NCBI GenBank assembly: GCA_004431415.1
Contig: QPMI01000434.1
Coordinates: 1-64,000, forward strand
Reading direction: 5' to 3'
Source of the DNA: Cyanophora paradoxa CCMP329
Lineage: Eukaryota > Plantae > Glaucophyta
Length of the DNA stretch: 64,000 nucleotides
The notes under the pieces are model-generated. The model was given only the letters and a program-made list of their open reading frames with translations. It made no database searches and had not been told where the DNA came from. Below, piece after piece: positions 1 to 13,000 of the stretch (positions are counted from its first letter, which is position 1; the number at the start of each line of letters is the position of its first letter). Position numbers and translations under genes: made by a program.

Positions 1-3000
1 CGACGACTGGGCCGACGAGGCGGAGGAGGAGGACGGGGCGGGGACGGCGCCCTCCGCCCCGCCCGGGGGCCCCTCGAGCCGGCCTTCTCCTTCGCCTCGG
101 CCCCCTCCGCCTCCTTCAAGTCGGCCCCCTCGGCCTCTTTCGCCGGCGCCGGCGCCGGCCCGCGCCCCGGGGCCCCGCGGGGCGGGCGGGTGCGGGAGTG
201 GACCGTCGTGCTGGGCGTGCGCCCCTCGGCGGAGGAGGCGGGGGCCGCCCCGGAGGGCCCCGCCCCCCCCGCGCCCCCGCCCGAGGGCGACGCCGAGGCG
301 CTGGCGCTCCCGTGGAGCGCCCCCGTGCCCCTGCTGCTCGCCCGCGGCTTCATGCGCGTCCGCCCCTACGCGCCCCTCGCCCAGTTCGCCTGGAGCGACC
401 CGCCCAGTGCGCCCCCGCCCCGCCCACCCAGCCCTCCTCTCCGTCTCACTCGCCCCCAGTCGCCCTCCCGAGCGCCCTCCGAGAAGACAAGATGCGGTGC
501 GCTCTGGGCGAGCCGGGGCGGGGTGCGGGGCGCTGAGGGGGGCGGGGCAGGCGGTACGTGGCGCGGCGGGAGGGGCGCCACTTCTGCGTCTACTCGAAGG
601 GGGCCGGCCAGGCGCACCTGCGCGCCGTCGCCGCCCCCACCCCCCGCGGCGTGGCCGCCGTCCAGTTCTGCTCCCCCTTCTCCCTCCGCAATCGGACCCC
701 CTTCCCCCTCCGCTTCCTCCTCTCTGTGGGCGGCGCCCCGCCCTCCTCGCTGGCGCACGGGGTCTTCGAGGAGGAGCGCGGGGCCGGGCGCCTCCTGCCC
801 GGCCGCAAGGCCGCCGTCTTCATCGACGACGCCGAGGCCCGCCCCGCCCCGCCCCGCGTTCACCTGACCCGATCCCTGCCGCCCCGCTGAGGCCCACCCC
901 CGCCGCGCAGCTGCCGCGCCTGTGCATCGCGGTGAAGATCGACAGCCACCAGTACCCCGGGGCCGGCTTCTCGACGGGGGTCTACTGCGCGCGGATGCGG
1001 CAGGCGGACAACGCGGCGTGCCTGCTGGCGCCCATCGGGGTGGCCTCGTGCGTGGGGCTCTACGTGATCACGCGGGGGGAGGGCCAGCTGGGGCGCCCCG
1101 CCCTCCCCGATCGCGTCGGGGGCTCCTTCACCGCCATCGTCCGAACGACGCGCAAGGCCGCCATCGTCCTCCCCTTCCTCCTCGTCAACCGCACCCCGGG
1201 GCCCCTCCTCGCGCGCGACCCCCGCGGCCGCGACGCCTGCGCCCTCCGCCTCGAGCCGGGCGAGGCGGTCCCCTTCCCCGTCTTCAGCCCCGGCCTGCGC
1301 ATCTCGACGGGGGGCCTGCACCGGGCGAAGCTGTGCCTGGCGCGGCCGCCGGGGGGGCAGAGCATCGCGGGGGCGGCCTTCTCGGGGGCGGTGGCGCTGG
1401 AGGCGGCAGAGACGACGCTGGCGCTGCCGCCGGCCCCGCGCGACGCGTCGGAGGCCGCCCCGGAGGGCCCCGACGCCGACGAGGAGGTCGGCGTCTGGGT
1501 GCGCCGCTCCCCCCGCCCGTGCGCCCCCGACGGGATCCCGACATCGACGCGCGGGGCAGGTGGACCCGGCGGCGCTGGTGGCGATCGGGACGGGCAACTC
1601 GCTCACCCGCCGCGCCGTCGTCGTGCGCGTCGCGCCCCGCACCCCCCGCCTTGCACCGCCGCCTCGCCGGAGGTGACGCCGGCCCCGCGCAGCTGCCGCG
1701 CTGGTCGGTGACGAACCGCTCGGCCCCGCTGCTCGCCGTCCGCTCGGAGGGCCCCGAGGGCGGCGCCGGCCCGCCCTCGCCCTCGCCACCGGCGAGACCC
1801 GCATCTGGCGGTGGCCGCCGGGGGCCGGGGCGCGGCGGGCGCTGCAGCTGCGGGCGGGGGAGGGCCTCTGGTCGGCGGGCGTGCCGGTGGCGAAGGCGGA
1901 CTTGATGGTGCTGCAGCTGCGGGGCCCGAGGGGCGCCCCGCGGAGCTCGTCGCCGTGCAGGTCGAGCTGCGGGGGCCCACCCTCCAGATCTTCCTCGACC
2001 GCGAGCCCGCCCGTGCGCCCCGCCCGCCCCGCCACACGCGCCCCCCGCTCGCCCCCCGAGCGGCCCGCCGCGCAGCGCCCTTCGTGATCGTGAACCACCT
2101 GCCGCGGCCCGTGCTGGCCTTCCAGGAGGGGTGCAGCCCGGCGGGGGCCGCCCCCCTCGAGGTCCCGCCCCGCGGCCAGGCCCCCTTCTGCTGGGACGAC
2201 CCGCGCCCCGCCGGCGGCGCCGCCCCCGCCATTGGCCTCGAGCTGCCGCCGCCCTCGGGCTCGGGCCCCGTCGTGCGGGTGACCGTCGGGGAGCCCGAGC
2301 GGCTGCGGACCGCCGTGCTCTACCGCGAGAAGGGGAGCCCCGCAGTGCGCGCCATCATCGAGGCCCGCGGCTCCCAGCGCCGCATCCGCATCGCCCACGC
2401 CGCCCCCGACGCCCCGCACGGCCCCGCCGGCCACTCGCCCCGCTGGAGCGTCGCCGGCGCCGCCGGCGGGGCGGCCCGCCAGATGAGCGGGGCGGCGCGG
2501 CAGGTGGGCGGGGCGGCGCGGCAGGCGGGGGCGGCGGCGGCGGCGCTGGCGGGGGCGAGCCTGGCGAAGCTCGCGCCCAAGTCGCCGCGGAGGACGCCGG
2601 GGGCCGGCGGGGAGGGCGGGACGCCGCGGGCCGAGGCGGTGCGGATGTCGGCGGGCATCTTCGGGGGCGAGGGGGCGGGGGCGTCGAGGAGGCGAGCGTG
2701 GAGCTCCTCGGGGGCGACCCCGCCCTCGACGAGGAGCCCCCGCCCGACGCCGCCGCCCCCGAGGCGGCCGCCGGCCCGGCCGGGGCGGAGGGGGAGGGGG
2801 CGGAGGCGCTGCCGCGGCTGGCGCTGGACTTCGCGGCGGCCGGCATCCACGTCTCGGTCTTCTCGAGCAAGGCGAGCGAGATCCTGCACCTCGCCGCCGA
2901 CGGCATCGGCGCGGCGGTGCGCGTCGGGGCGGAGACGACGCAGGCCGTCGCCCACGTCGAGCTCCTCCAGTGCGACAACTGCCGCTTCACCCGCCCCGGC

Positions 3001-5578
3001 TTCCAGGCGCCCCCGCCCGCCCCTTTTCTCCCGTCCCTTCCCTGCGGCTCACAGGGGCACACAGGTCCTCTTCGGGAAGCCGCGGGCGGCGCGGGGCGAG
3101 TCGTCGCTCTCGCCGGGGCGCGTGTGGGGGGACGTGGCGCGGGCGTACGCGGAGGGGGAGGGGCGGCAGCCGGCGCTGGAGGTGGGCGTGGAGCAGGCGA
3201 GCGAGGCGAGCGAGGTCGTCCACCTCAAGCGCATCCAGATCGCCGTCGCCCCCCTCGTGCCCGCCCCCCGCCCCGCCCCGCTCCGCCCGCCCCCGACGCC
3301 GCCCCGCCCCGCCCCGTCCCCCGCAGGAGGTGCGGCTGCACGAGGAGCTCATCGTCGAGCTCATCCGCCTCTCCCTCGCCCTCTTCCGCCGCCTCAAGGC
3401 CCGCCCCCCCGCCCCGCCCCTCCCTCTTGCTGGCCGCGAGCTCTGACTCTGAGCGGGCGGCAGGCGGACCTGGCGGCCATCGCGGGCCGCTCGGACACGC
3501 ACGCCCTCCTCGACGCCCCGGACTGTCCGCGCCCTCCCCTCCCCCTGCCCCCCTCCGCCCCGCCCGCCTCGACGCCCCAGCGCAGCAGCGTCGGGCCCGG
3601 CGGCGGCGAGCGCGGGGCGCAAGGGGGAGGGGGAGGGGGAGGAGGAGGGGGAGGGCGGGGCGGGGTCGGGGTCGCCGCTGGTGCCGCCCCCGCGGCGCGT
3701 GTACGTGGAGTCGCTCTCCGTGGCGCCCCTCCAACTCACCGTCACCGTCAAGGCCCGCCCCTGCCCGGCAGGGGGGAAGGGGAGGGGGCGCGCGGGGAGG
3801 CTGATGGTCCCGCGCGGCCGCGCAGGCGTCGCCGTCGGCGGGGGCGGAGCTGGCAAAGTGCCCCCGCCGCCTCGCCCGGCGCCGGGGGGCCCGGGCCTGA
3901 GGGGCGCGCAGGTACCACTTCACGGCGGGGCTGCTGCACGACTTCGGGGCCGCCCTCCTCAACCTCGAGAAGGCCCGCCTCGCTCGCGCGCCCCGTGCGG
4001 GGGAGGGGCGCCACGCTGACCGCCGGGCCGGGGCCGGGGGCAGGTGCCGCTGGCGGTGGGGCGGCTGGAGGTGCAGGACGCCTTCGGGCTCCCCGAGGCC
4101 GTCCTCCTCCAGCTCGCCGCCTTCTACCGCGCCGAGGCCCGCGCAGCCCTCGGCCAGGTCCCCGCCCCGCCCCGCCCCCGCCCGCGGGGCCTCACGCGGA
4201 ACGGCAGGTGGTGGGGCGCATGGAGGTGCTGGGGGACCCCCTCGCCTTCCTCGACGGCGTCAAGGCCCGCCCGCCCCGCCCCCGCGTCCCGCCCCGCTGC
4301 TCCCCGAGGCGGCCGGGCGGGGGCTCCCCCGCAGGCCGGTATCCGCGGCGTCGCCTCCACCACCAAGATGGTCCCGCCCCGCGCCCCGGCCCCCGCCCGA
4401 GCCCCCGTGCGCCGCTGAGCGCCGGCGGCGTGGCGGGGCAGGCGCTGACGTCGCGGATGGAGGGGACGGGGAGCGGTGCGGAGGCGGCGCGGGCGCTGCT
4501 CCTCTCCCTCCTCACGGGGACGGCCAAGTCCGCGCACAAGGTCACCGGCACCGTCGCCAAGGCGACCCTCTTCGGCCCCTCCCGCCGCTCCTGGTTCGGC
4601 CTCGCCATCGCCCAGGAGGAGCTCAAGGCACGCGCCCCCGCCCCGCTCCCCCGGGCGGGCCGGCTGGTCGTGACGGCGCGCAGGTGCCGATGAGCGTGGG
4701 GGGCGGGCTGGAGCAGGGCCTCAAGCTCTTCTTCCTCCGCTCCGGCGGCGCGGCGGCGAGCCTCATCTCCAAGCCGGTCTGGTCGGCCCGGCGGCGGGGG
4801 CCGCTGGGCGCCGCCCTCGCCCTCGTCGGGGCCGCCCTGGGCCTCGCCGTCCAGCCGGCCCTCGGCGCCTTCTCCGCCCTCTCCAAGCTCGCCGAGGGCC
4901 TCCAGAACTCCCTCACCGAGGCCCGCCCCGCCCCTCCCCCCGCCCCCCGAGCCCGAGCGCCGCCCCTCAACGCTGCGGCGCGCAGGACGAGGGGCTGCGG
5001 GAGGACGGGCGCGTGCGCGTGCCGCGCACCTGCTCCTACCTCCTTACCATCGGTGCCCGGGCCCGAGCGCGCCGCGCCCGCCCCGCGCAGCCAGCTGCCC
5101 CCTCACGCCGCGCCGGGCGGCAGCGCCGTACGACGCGGCGATGAGCGCGGCGCGGGAGGCGCTCATCCGCGCGGGGCTCATGGAGGTCAAGAAGGGTGCG
5201 CCGCCCCTGCCGCGCGCCCCGGCCGCAGGCCGCCGCCAGAGCTCAACGGGGCGCGCGCGGGGCGGCAGACGACCGGCTCTTCGAGAGCGTGATCGTGTGC
5301 GAGCACGACCTGGTGGCCGTCTCGGGCACGCGCCTCCACTTCCTCACCGCCTCGGGCACGCACGCCTCGTGGACCGCGCGCCTCGACCGCGTCGCCGCCG
5401 TCCGCGGCGTGCGGAGCGACGAGGAGCTGCGGCCCGTGGAGGGGGTGCGGCTGACGCTCGCGGAGCAGCCGCCGGCCTTCCTCTTCGTGCCGTGCGGGCC
5501 CGAGGTGCAGCGCCGCCTCCTCGACGTCCTCGCGCCCCTCGTCTCCGGCTCCCGCTGGACCGCCTCCTTCCCCGAGTA
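1..5578 (+). CDS. VPS13: VPS13-family lipid transfer protein, 3' part (VAB repeats, ATG2_C-like helices, PH-like C-terminus); multi-exon, 5' end outside the window
   Basis: Spliced exons give VAB-type motifs (PFSLRNRTPFPL, PFLLVNRTPGPL, PFVIVNHLPRPV), then VVGRMEVLGDPLAFLDGVK and GLEQGLKLF...SLISKPV, typical of the VPS13 C-terminus. Stop TAG at ~5578. Several apparent 1-nt frameshifts lie in G/C runs. Confidence 0.8.
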
Positions 5579-5670
5579 GCCCCGCCACCGAGCCCCAGCC
5601 CAGCGCCCGCAAAAAAACATAGTTGAATTGCGCCAGGTCGATAACAGCTAGGAGCCGTGCACACAGCGGG

Positions 5671-8600
5671 CTAGGTGCGGGGGGCGCCGTGGTCGGCGTC
5701 GGGGGCGGGGAGGCGGGCGGCGAGGGCGGGGCGGGCGGCGAGGTAGGCCCGGGCGGCGCGGGCGGCGGGGTCCCCGAGCGGGCGCGCGAGGGCGGCGCGC
5801 AGCAGCTCGGCCGCCAGCGCCTCCTCCCCGGCGCCCTCTGCGGAGGCGAGGCGGGGCCCCTCGGCCCGCAGCAGCGCGAGGGCCGCCTCGAGGGCGGCGC
5901 GCTCCCCGCGGGCGGCCCCGCCCCGCGCCCGCCCTCCAGCGCCCCGGCCACGACCGCCGCGAGCTGCCGGGGCGCGTGAGCGAGGGGCGGGGCGGGGCGG
6001 GGGAGGGGAGCGGGCCTCGGGGCCGACGCGGCGGGCGAGGGCGGCGGCGAGGAAGGCAAAGTCGGCGAGGAGGGCGGCGGCGGCGGCCCAGCGGCCCCCC
6101 GCGAGCTCGTGGAAGGCCGCCTCCACCAGGGGCCGCCCCTCCCGCCCCGCCACGCCCCGTCCCCCGACGCGTCCCCAGCCGCCGGAAGAGCGCCGCCAGC
6201 GCCCCGTGCCGCGCACCGTCTGCCGCCCCGCGCACTCTCAGCGGGGGCGGGGCGCTCGAGGGGGAAGGGGCGCGCCGCGCTCGGCCCAGGCGGGGGCGGT
6301 GGGGCCGACGTGGGCGCAGGCCTCCCCCGCCCCCGCCTCCGCGCACGACTGGGGGCACGCGCAGAGGTACCGCCCCCGCACCGCCGCCTGCCGCGCGGTC
6401 AGGGGCTGCGGCTGCGGGGCGGGGCGGGGCGGGGGCGGGCCCGCGTGGTGCGGTGCGCGAGGTCGAGGAGCGGGTCGCCCGTCGCGTCCCGCGGGCGCAG
6501 CAGCGGCCCCGCCGCCCGCACGAGCGCCGCGAAGCGCCGCGGGGGCAGCGGGGGCGCGTCGGGCGGGGCCAGCGCGGCGCGCAGCTCGGACTCGTAGAGG
6601 CCGGCGCGGGAGGCGGCGAGGAGGCCGAGCGCGGCGGCGGCGAGGGGCGCCCCCGCCGCCCGCTCCACCCGCGCGAGGGCGCGCCCGACGAGGCCCTCCA
6701 GCGTCGTCGGCAGCGCCGCCACCGCGCTCGCCTGCGCGCGCCCACGCAAGTCAGCGAAGGGGGGTGCGCGGGGCGGGGCGGGGGCGGGGCGGACGCCGGA
6801 GCCCGGGGAGGTGCGGAGCTCGTCGGCGGCGAGAAAGAGGGCGAGGGGCGAGGCGGCGGCGGGGCTCGCCAGCAGCGCGGCCAGCAGGCCCGGCTCCGGC
6901 CGCCCCGCCGCCGCCAGCGCCCGCCCCGCGATCTCCGACGCCTCCCGCCCCGCCAGCGCCGGCACGGCGAGCTCCAGCGGCGCCGGCGCCCGCGCCCGCA
7001 GCGCGGCCAGCACGCCGCCCGGCCCCTCGGTGAGGGCGAGGATCACGCGCGGGGCGTGCGCGCCCGGGGCCGGCGCCGGAGGCGGCAGCCAGGAGGCCGG
7101 GGCGGCGGCGCCCGCCTCGTCGGGGGCGTCGATGAGGAGGACGGGGCGCGCCCCGCCGCCCGCCCCAGCGCGCCCAGGGCGGCCCAGAGGGCGGCGGCGA
7201 GAGGCCCAACCTCCCACTCGTCGCCCTCGCCGGGGCCCTCGGCGCCGGCGGCCTCGGCGGCGTCGGCGGCGAGGCGGCGGAGGAGGCGGGGCAGGGGCCG
7301 CGACAAGGGCGAGGCGCCGGCGAAGGCGGAGGCGAGGGGCGCCCCCGCCGCCTCCACCCGCCCCGCCAGCGCCGCCATCAGAGTCGTCTTCCCGCACCCC
7401 TGCCCCGCCCCGGCTCGGCCCTGGCGCCAGCGCGGCACTGGGCGCGGTGGGGCGCGGCGGAGGGCACAGCGCACCGGCGGGCCGACGAGGAGGAGGAGGG
7501 AGGGGTCGCGATCGGAGGCAGCGGGAGGGGCGGCGCCGTCGAGGGCGTAGGCGGCGAGGGCGTCGAGGAGCGGGGAGCCCGGGGCGGGGAGGAAGGCGGC
7601 GGCGCGGGCGGCGGCGAAGGCGCGCTGGGCGGCGCGCTCGGCGGGGAGCCAGGCGGGGCCCGCGGACGGGGAGGGGGCGGGGGCGTCGCCCTCGCCGGCG
7701 GCGGCGAGGAGGCCCTCGGCGGCCTCTGCGAGGTCGCGCCGGAGGAGGGCGACGAAGCGCTCCAGGCCCCCGGCCAGGGGCGCCCCCTGCGCGTCCACCC
7801 CGCCCCACGCCGCCGTGTAGTTGCGGGCCGTGCAGTTCGGGCTGCGGCGCACGCTCTCGGCGAAGACGGCGAGGCGGAGGGCGGCGTCCTGGCCCTCGGC
7901 CTCGAAGGCGGGGCGCTGGGGGGCGGGGACGGAGGCGAGGAAGCCTGGGTCGCGCAGGTAGGCGAGGGCGCGCGTGCCCCGCGCCGCCCCCGAGCCGTGC
8001 TCGAGGCCCAGGAAGCCGTAGAGGGCCTCCAGGTGGGTCAGGGAGAAGCCGAGGGGGAAGCCGTCGAGCCAGGCGAAGCGCGGCTCCCCCGCCACCGCGT
8101 ACTTCTGCGGCTGCCAGCCGTACCGCGACCCCACCAGCAGCACGAAGAGCGGCCGCGCGTTGTCTGCCGCCCCCGGCGCTCGCGCGCGGCGCGGGTGGAG
8201 GGGGGGGGGGGGGGGGGGCGGGGGCCCGCACCGATCTCCTCGAGGCAGAGCGCGAGGGCGCTGCGGTCGCTCAGGCCCGTCTCCTCCTCGCGCAGGCCCC
8301 ACCGCCTGCCCCCGAGTCAGCTGGCGGCCGGGAGGGGCGGGGCGCGGGGCGGGGCGGGGCGCGCAGGTCGACGGGGAGGAATGAGAGGCGGCGGGCCTCG
8401 CCCCACGCGTTGAGGAACGGGAATACGTCGCGCGCGATCGCCGCCCGCTCTCCGTGCCCGTCCTTGAACGTCGAGCTGCGCCCCGGCCTCGGCGCGCGGC
8501 GGCCGGCGCCACGGGCGCGGCTGGCGGCACCTGATGAAGACCTTCAGGGTGAGCCAGCGCCCCTCCTTGCGCGCCTGATGCGGGTGCGCGTTAGTGGCGC

Positions 8601-9170
8601 GCCTCGCGCGGGGGACGGACGGCGTGGGCGGCGTGCGGGGCCCGCCTGGAGCATGGCGCGCTGCTTCGCGTCGAGGGCGGAGGCAACGTTGGCGCGCATG
8701 GCGCGCAGCCGCTCCTCGACCGACGTCTCGTCGATTTCCTCCTGCTCAAAGCGCTGCTGGGGCGTCCGGCTGGAGGAGCCGGCGTGGTGCGAGCCGTGGG
8801 GCGACGACGGGGCCGTCGGGGGAGCGCTGTTCTGCCCCGCTGCCGAGAGTGAGATGGAGTTCGCCGAGTCGAGCCGCCTCAGCATTCGCATCGCGTCCAC
8901 TGTGGTCATCGCGGCCGCTGCGTCCGGGAGAGCGGGGAGCCCAGATGCACTTTTGGGCTGCCCTGGCCGGTCGGGCGGCGGGGCCGGCGATCCACCATTG
9001 GGAGGCGCAGTCGATATGGCTGATGCTGGCTGTGCCTGCTTTGTCTGGGCCTGTGCTGGCTGCGCGGGCTCCGAACCTCCTCCTGGCGAAGCTTTCGATG
9101 GAACCGGGCCGGGCGCGGTCACTGTGGCGTTGATCTGCTTGGCGCCACCAGAAGATGCGCACGACCCCAT
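5671..9170 (-). CDS. DUF4062 + NACHT (STAND) P-loop ATPase, TEP1/NWD1/NPHP3-like, with N-terminal acylation motif
   Basis: Spliced product contains KVFISSTFKD..ER, VDLRWGL, LCLEEIDNARPLFVLLVGSRYGW (DUF4062 signature), Walker A GPPGCGKTT and Walker B VLLIDAPDE. Starts MGSCASSG. Confidence 0.85.
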
Positions 9171-10020
9171 CGGCCGTACGCGCGCCTCTGGAACGCCTGG
9201 TGGCGTAGACCAAAAAAGCTACCCAGTCACGCGCCCCGCGACCGCAAATTGTCAGCCCGCCAGCCACCCACTAGCTGCTGATGATCACAGATCTAGATCA
9301 CAGCGAACTAGTACTGAAGTACGAGCAGGCCAGCACAGGGGGGGTAGAGCAAACTTCAAGCTTAGGGCTCGAAAGGTACGCGTGCTGTAGGTGCTCCCGC
9401 CCAAGACGCGCCCCAGGTGCGCGCCGCGCGCGCAGGTGCCCTGGAGCGTCGATCTGCTCGGCGGCTGATCGTCCTCCGCCCGCGCAGGCGCTCCTCTGGG
9501 TGGGAGGCTCGTCGATCGAGTGCGCCCCCGTTCGCTTTGATTTGGATATCGAGACCGTTCGATCTCAATCTGACCCCTTTTCGCCCCCGCCGCAGGCTGA
9601 CTCCATGTCGGGCCCCCCCCAGGGCCTGTAGGGGCTCCCGCCACCGCCCTGAGACGACCCCCGCCGCCACAAGACGCGATGCAGCACCACGCCGCGCGTG
9701 CGGGCACCTGTAGCTATTTAGCTAGCCAGAGTGTCCGTGGGGAGGCGCATTACTCTCCTTAGGGGGCCACGCAGGGCTCGGCTGGCCGAGCGTGAGCTCG
9801 GTTGGCTGGGCCCGCGGCCGCGGCGGCCGCAGTGTACATTCCCACACTTGTAGCCCGGACCTGCGTCTTTAGTACGTGTCCAAATGCGAATCGTCACATG
9901 TCACATGTACTCGCAGGGACCGCGCATCAATTCCGATGCGAGGGGAGTTCAATTGAAGCTGTTCGAGTCTGTCGAAGCTAAGAGACGATCGCGGGGGGCG
10001 GGCGGGCGGGAGGGCTGCAG

Positions 10021-13000
10021 CTAGCAGCTAGCGGCGATGCCGGCGCTGCGCAGCTCCCTCTCCACGGCGGCGAGGAGGGCGCGGTACGTTGCGCTGCGCG
10101 CCGGTGAGGCCGGGGCGGGGGCGGCCGGGCGGGGCGGGGAGGGGCGGGGCGGGGCGGGGCACCAGGGGTGGGGGGCGAGGGCGGAGCGGAGGCGGGGGAG
10201 GAGGCGGGGGCAGTCCTCGACGAGGCGGACGAGGAGGGTGCCGTCGAGGAGGGCGACGGCGAGGAGGCAGGCCCAGTCCACCGCGTTCGCGTCCAGCGCC
10301 GCCCCCAGCATCTCCTCCACGTCCCGCTGCCCCTGCTGCTGCGCGCCCCCCGAGAAGCTCCCGCCCCGCCCCAGGCCCTCCTCCGAGAGGTTCCCCGACG
10401 ACCGCCGCTGCCGCCCCGGCGGCGAGCCGCCGGCGCCGGCCGCCTCGCTCGGGGCCGGGGCCGGGGCGGGGGCGGGGGCGGGGGCGCGGGGGTGGAAGAG
10501 GGGCGTGGGGAGGGCCTTGGGGAGGGGGAGGTGGAACTGCTCGTGGAGGGCGGCGAGGGCGGCGGTCCAGTCGGGGACGGCGGCGCGGTCGCCCTCGCGG
10601 GCGAGGAAGGGGACCAGCTGGAACTGCGTCACGTTGCGCACGAAGCGCAGCAGCTGCTTCACGCGCGCCTGGGCCAGCAGGCCCCGCGCGTGCCGCGACA
10701 TCAGCCGCTCCAGCGCCGGCAGAATGCTGCCCCGCCGCCTCAGTGCGAGGAGGAGGCGTTGGAGGGGGCGGGGGCGGGAGGGGCGGGCGCACTAGACGGT
10801 GTAGATGTCCTCGCCCTCGGCGAGGAGGGCCCCCACGCCGGCGTCCGCCGCCCCCACCCGCTTCCGCGCCGCGTGCCCCGGGTGGCCCCCGCAGCCTCCC
10901 CACCTGCAGCCGGCCCCCGCCCCCGGCGGCGCCGGCGGCGGCGCCGGGCGCTCGCGCAGGCGGGCGGCGAGGGAGGCGGCGGTCTGGGCGAGGGGGGCGT
11001 TGCCCTGCGGGGGCGTGAGGGAGAGGAGGGGGCGGGCGGGGAGGGGGCGGGGAGGGGGCGCCTCGTGGACGGAGAGGAAGCGGACGACGTCGCGGGCGAG
11101 CTCGTACTCGGCCGTCTCGAGCGCCGCCTCGAGCAGCTTCAGGGCCTGCAGGTTCGACGTCCACAGGTCCCCCGTGTTGTGCAGGATCACCAGGTAGCAC
11201 GCCGCCGTCCGCAGCCGCCCCGCCGCGAAGCACTCCTCGAAGAGCGCCGACGGGTGCCCCGCCAGCGAGAAGAGGCGGGGCCAGCAGCGGTCGTCCGTCT
11301 TGCGCGCGCACCGCACGATGATCTCCGGGAAGTCCGGGAAGGCCCTGCGCGCCGCCAGCTCGGCCCCAAGCGACGCCGGGGCCCGCGGGGCGGGGCGCGG
11401 CGCGTCGAGCACCGGACGAGGGCGACGACGCCAGGGAGGAGCGTCTCGGCGACGGAGCGCGAGCGGGGGCGCGGCGAGGGCGCCGGCGCCGCGTTCAGGT
11501 CCAGCGGGTTCAGCAGCAGGGCCCCCGGCCGCCGCGCCCCGGCCGCCGGCGCCTCCGCGCCGATGGGCCGGAAGGCGCCCGGGGGGTCGTTGGGGCGGGG
11601 GGCGGGGGCGGGGGCGGGGGCGGCGGTGGGGGGCTGCGGGGAGGGGGCGGGCCGGAGGGGCCCGGCGCCGTGCTGGAGGAGGAGGTCGGGCCCGGAGCCC
11701 TCGTCCTCGAGGGCGTCGTGGAGGAGCCACTCGAGGGCGTGCGCGAAGTGCGGGCGCGCGCTGAAGCGGCGCGCGACGCGCAGCGCGAGGGCGTCGCGCC
11801 CCTCCGCGAGGAGGTGCCGCAGCAGGCAGTGCAGGTAGAGCTGCTGCTTCAGGCGCGGCTGGAAGCACGGCACGGGCGCCGCGCACGAGGGGTCGATCCC
11901 CTGCGAGACGCCCACGACCGAGGAGAGCTCGGGGAAGACCCCCACGGGGTACACCTCCCGGTCTAGCTCGAGCCAGCGCTCGGGGAGGTGCGGGGGAAGG
12001 GGGCCCGTGGGGCCCGGCGAGCCCGAGGGGGGCCCCGCGCTGGGCGGCGAGGGCGGCTCCTTGGGGGAGGCGGGGTCGGCGCCCCGCTGCGGCCCCGTCT
12101 CGAGGTCGGGGAACCAGACGAAGAGGCCCTGGTCGCCGTAGGCCCACCAGGAGTGGTGCCCGAGGTGGCGGGCCGCCGTGCGCGGGGCCGGCGGGTAGCC
12201 GACGGCGGTGTACCAGAGCTGCTCGGTGGAGCGGGCGACGTAGACGTCGCGGGCGGCGGCACCCTCGGCGTCGGGCTGCGGGTCGAGGTCGAGCACGGAG
12301 ACGACGCCGTCGGAGCCCATGACGAGGCACCGCGAGCTCGGCGCCCCCGCCTCGCCCACGCGCCCGCCCACGCCGAAGCTCCCAGAGCGGAAGGAGGCCG
12401 CTTGCGGCGGGTGTGCGCCCCGCAGGGAGGGCGAGGGCGGGGGCGGGCAGGGGAACGGGGAGGAGGCGGAGGGCTGGACGGAGAGGGCCGGGGTGAGGAA
12501 GCGCATGACGAGCGGGTGCGCGGCGTTGGCGCTGCTCAGGGAGAGCCGCCGCGTCACGAAGACCTTGAGCTGGACCTTCTCGGGGGGCGCGGCGGGGGGC
12601 GAGGGGCTGCGCCCGGGGCCAGCCCCCGGGACGGGGGAGGCGCTGGGGGCGGCCCCCTCGACGCTGGCGGAGAGGGAGAGGAGGGTGACCGTCGAGTCGG
12701 CCGTGTACACCAGCAGCTGGCCCCCGATCGCCAGCGCCGGCGCCCGCCCCGCCGCCCCGGCGGCGGCGCGCGCGGGGAGGGAGGAGGAGGAGGCGGGGGC
12801 GCGGGGCGAGGAGGCGGTGTTGCAGTCGAGGAGGAGGGGCCGGGCGGGGAGCTTCTCGCGCCAGAGGAGGGAGGAGGCGTCGAGGTGGGTGCGGGGGAAG
12901 AAGAGGAGCTCGTACTGGGGCGGGGCGCGGGAGCCCTTGGGGACGGGGAGCTGGTTGGCGATAATGAGGACGTGGTTGGAGAACCAGGCGACGGCGAGGG

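Noticed and set aside
1765-7165. Apparent 1-nt frameshifts in VPS13 (~1770, ~1925, ~2685) and the NACHT gene (~7155) as programmed recoding, editing or pseudogenisation
   Set aside because: All lie in or beside G/C runs, the typical long-read consensus error; read-level data would be needed to claim otherwise.
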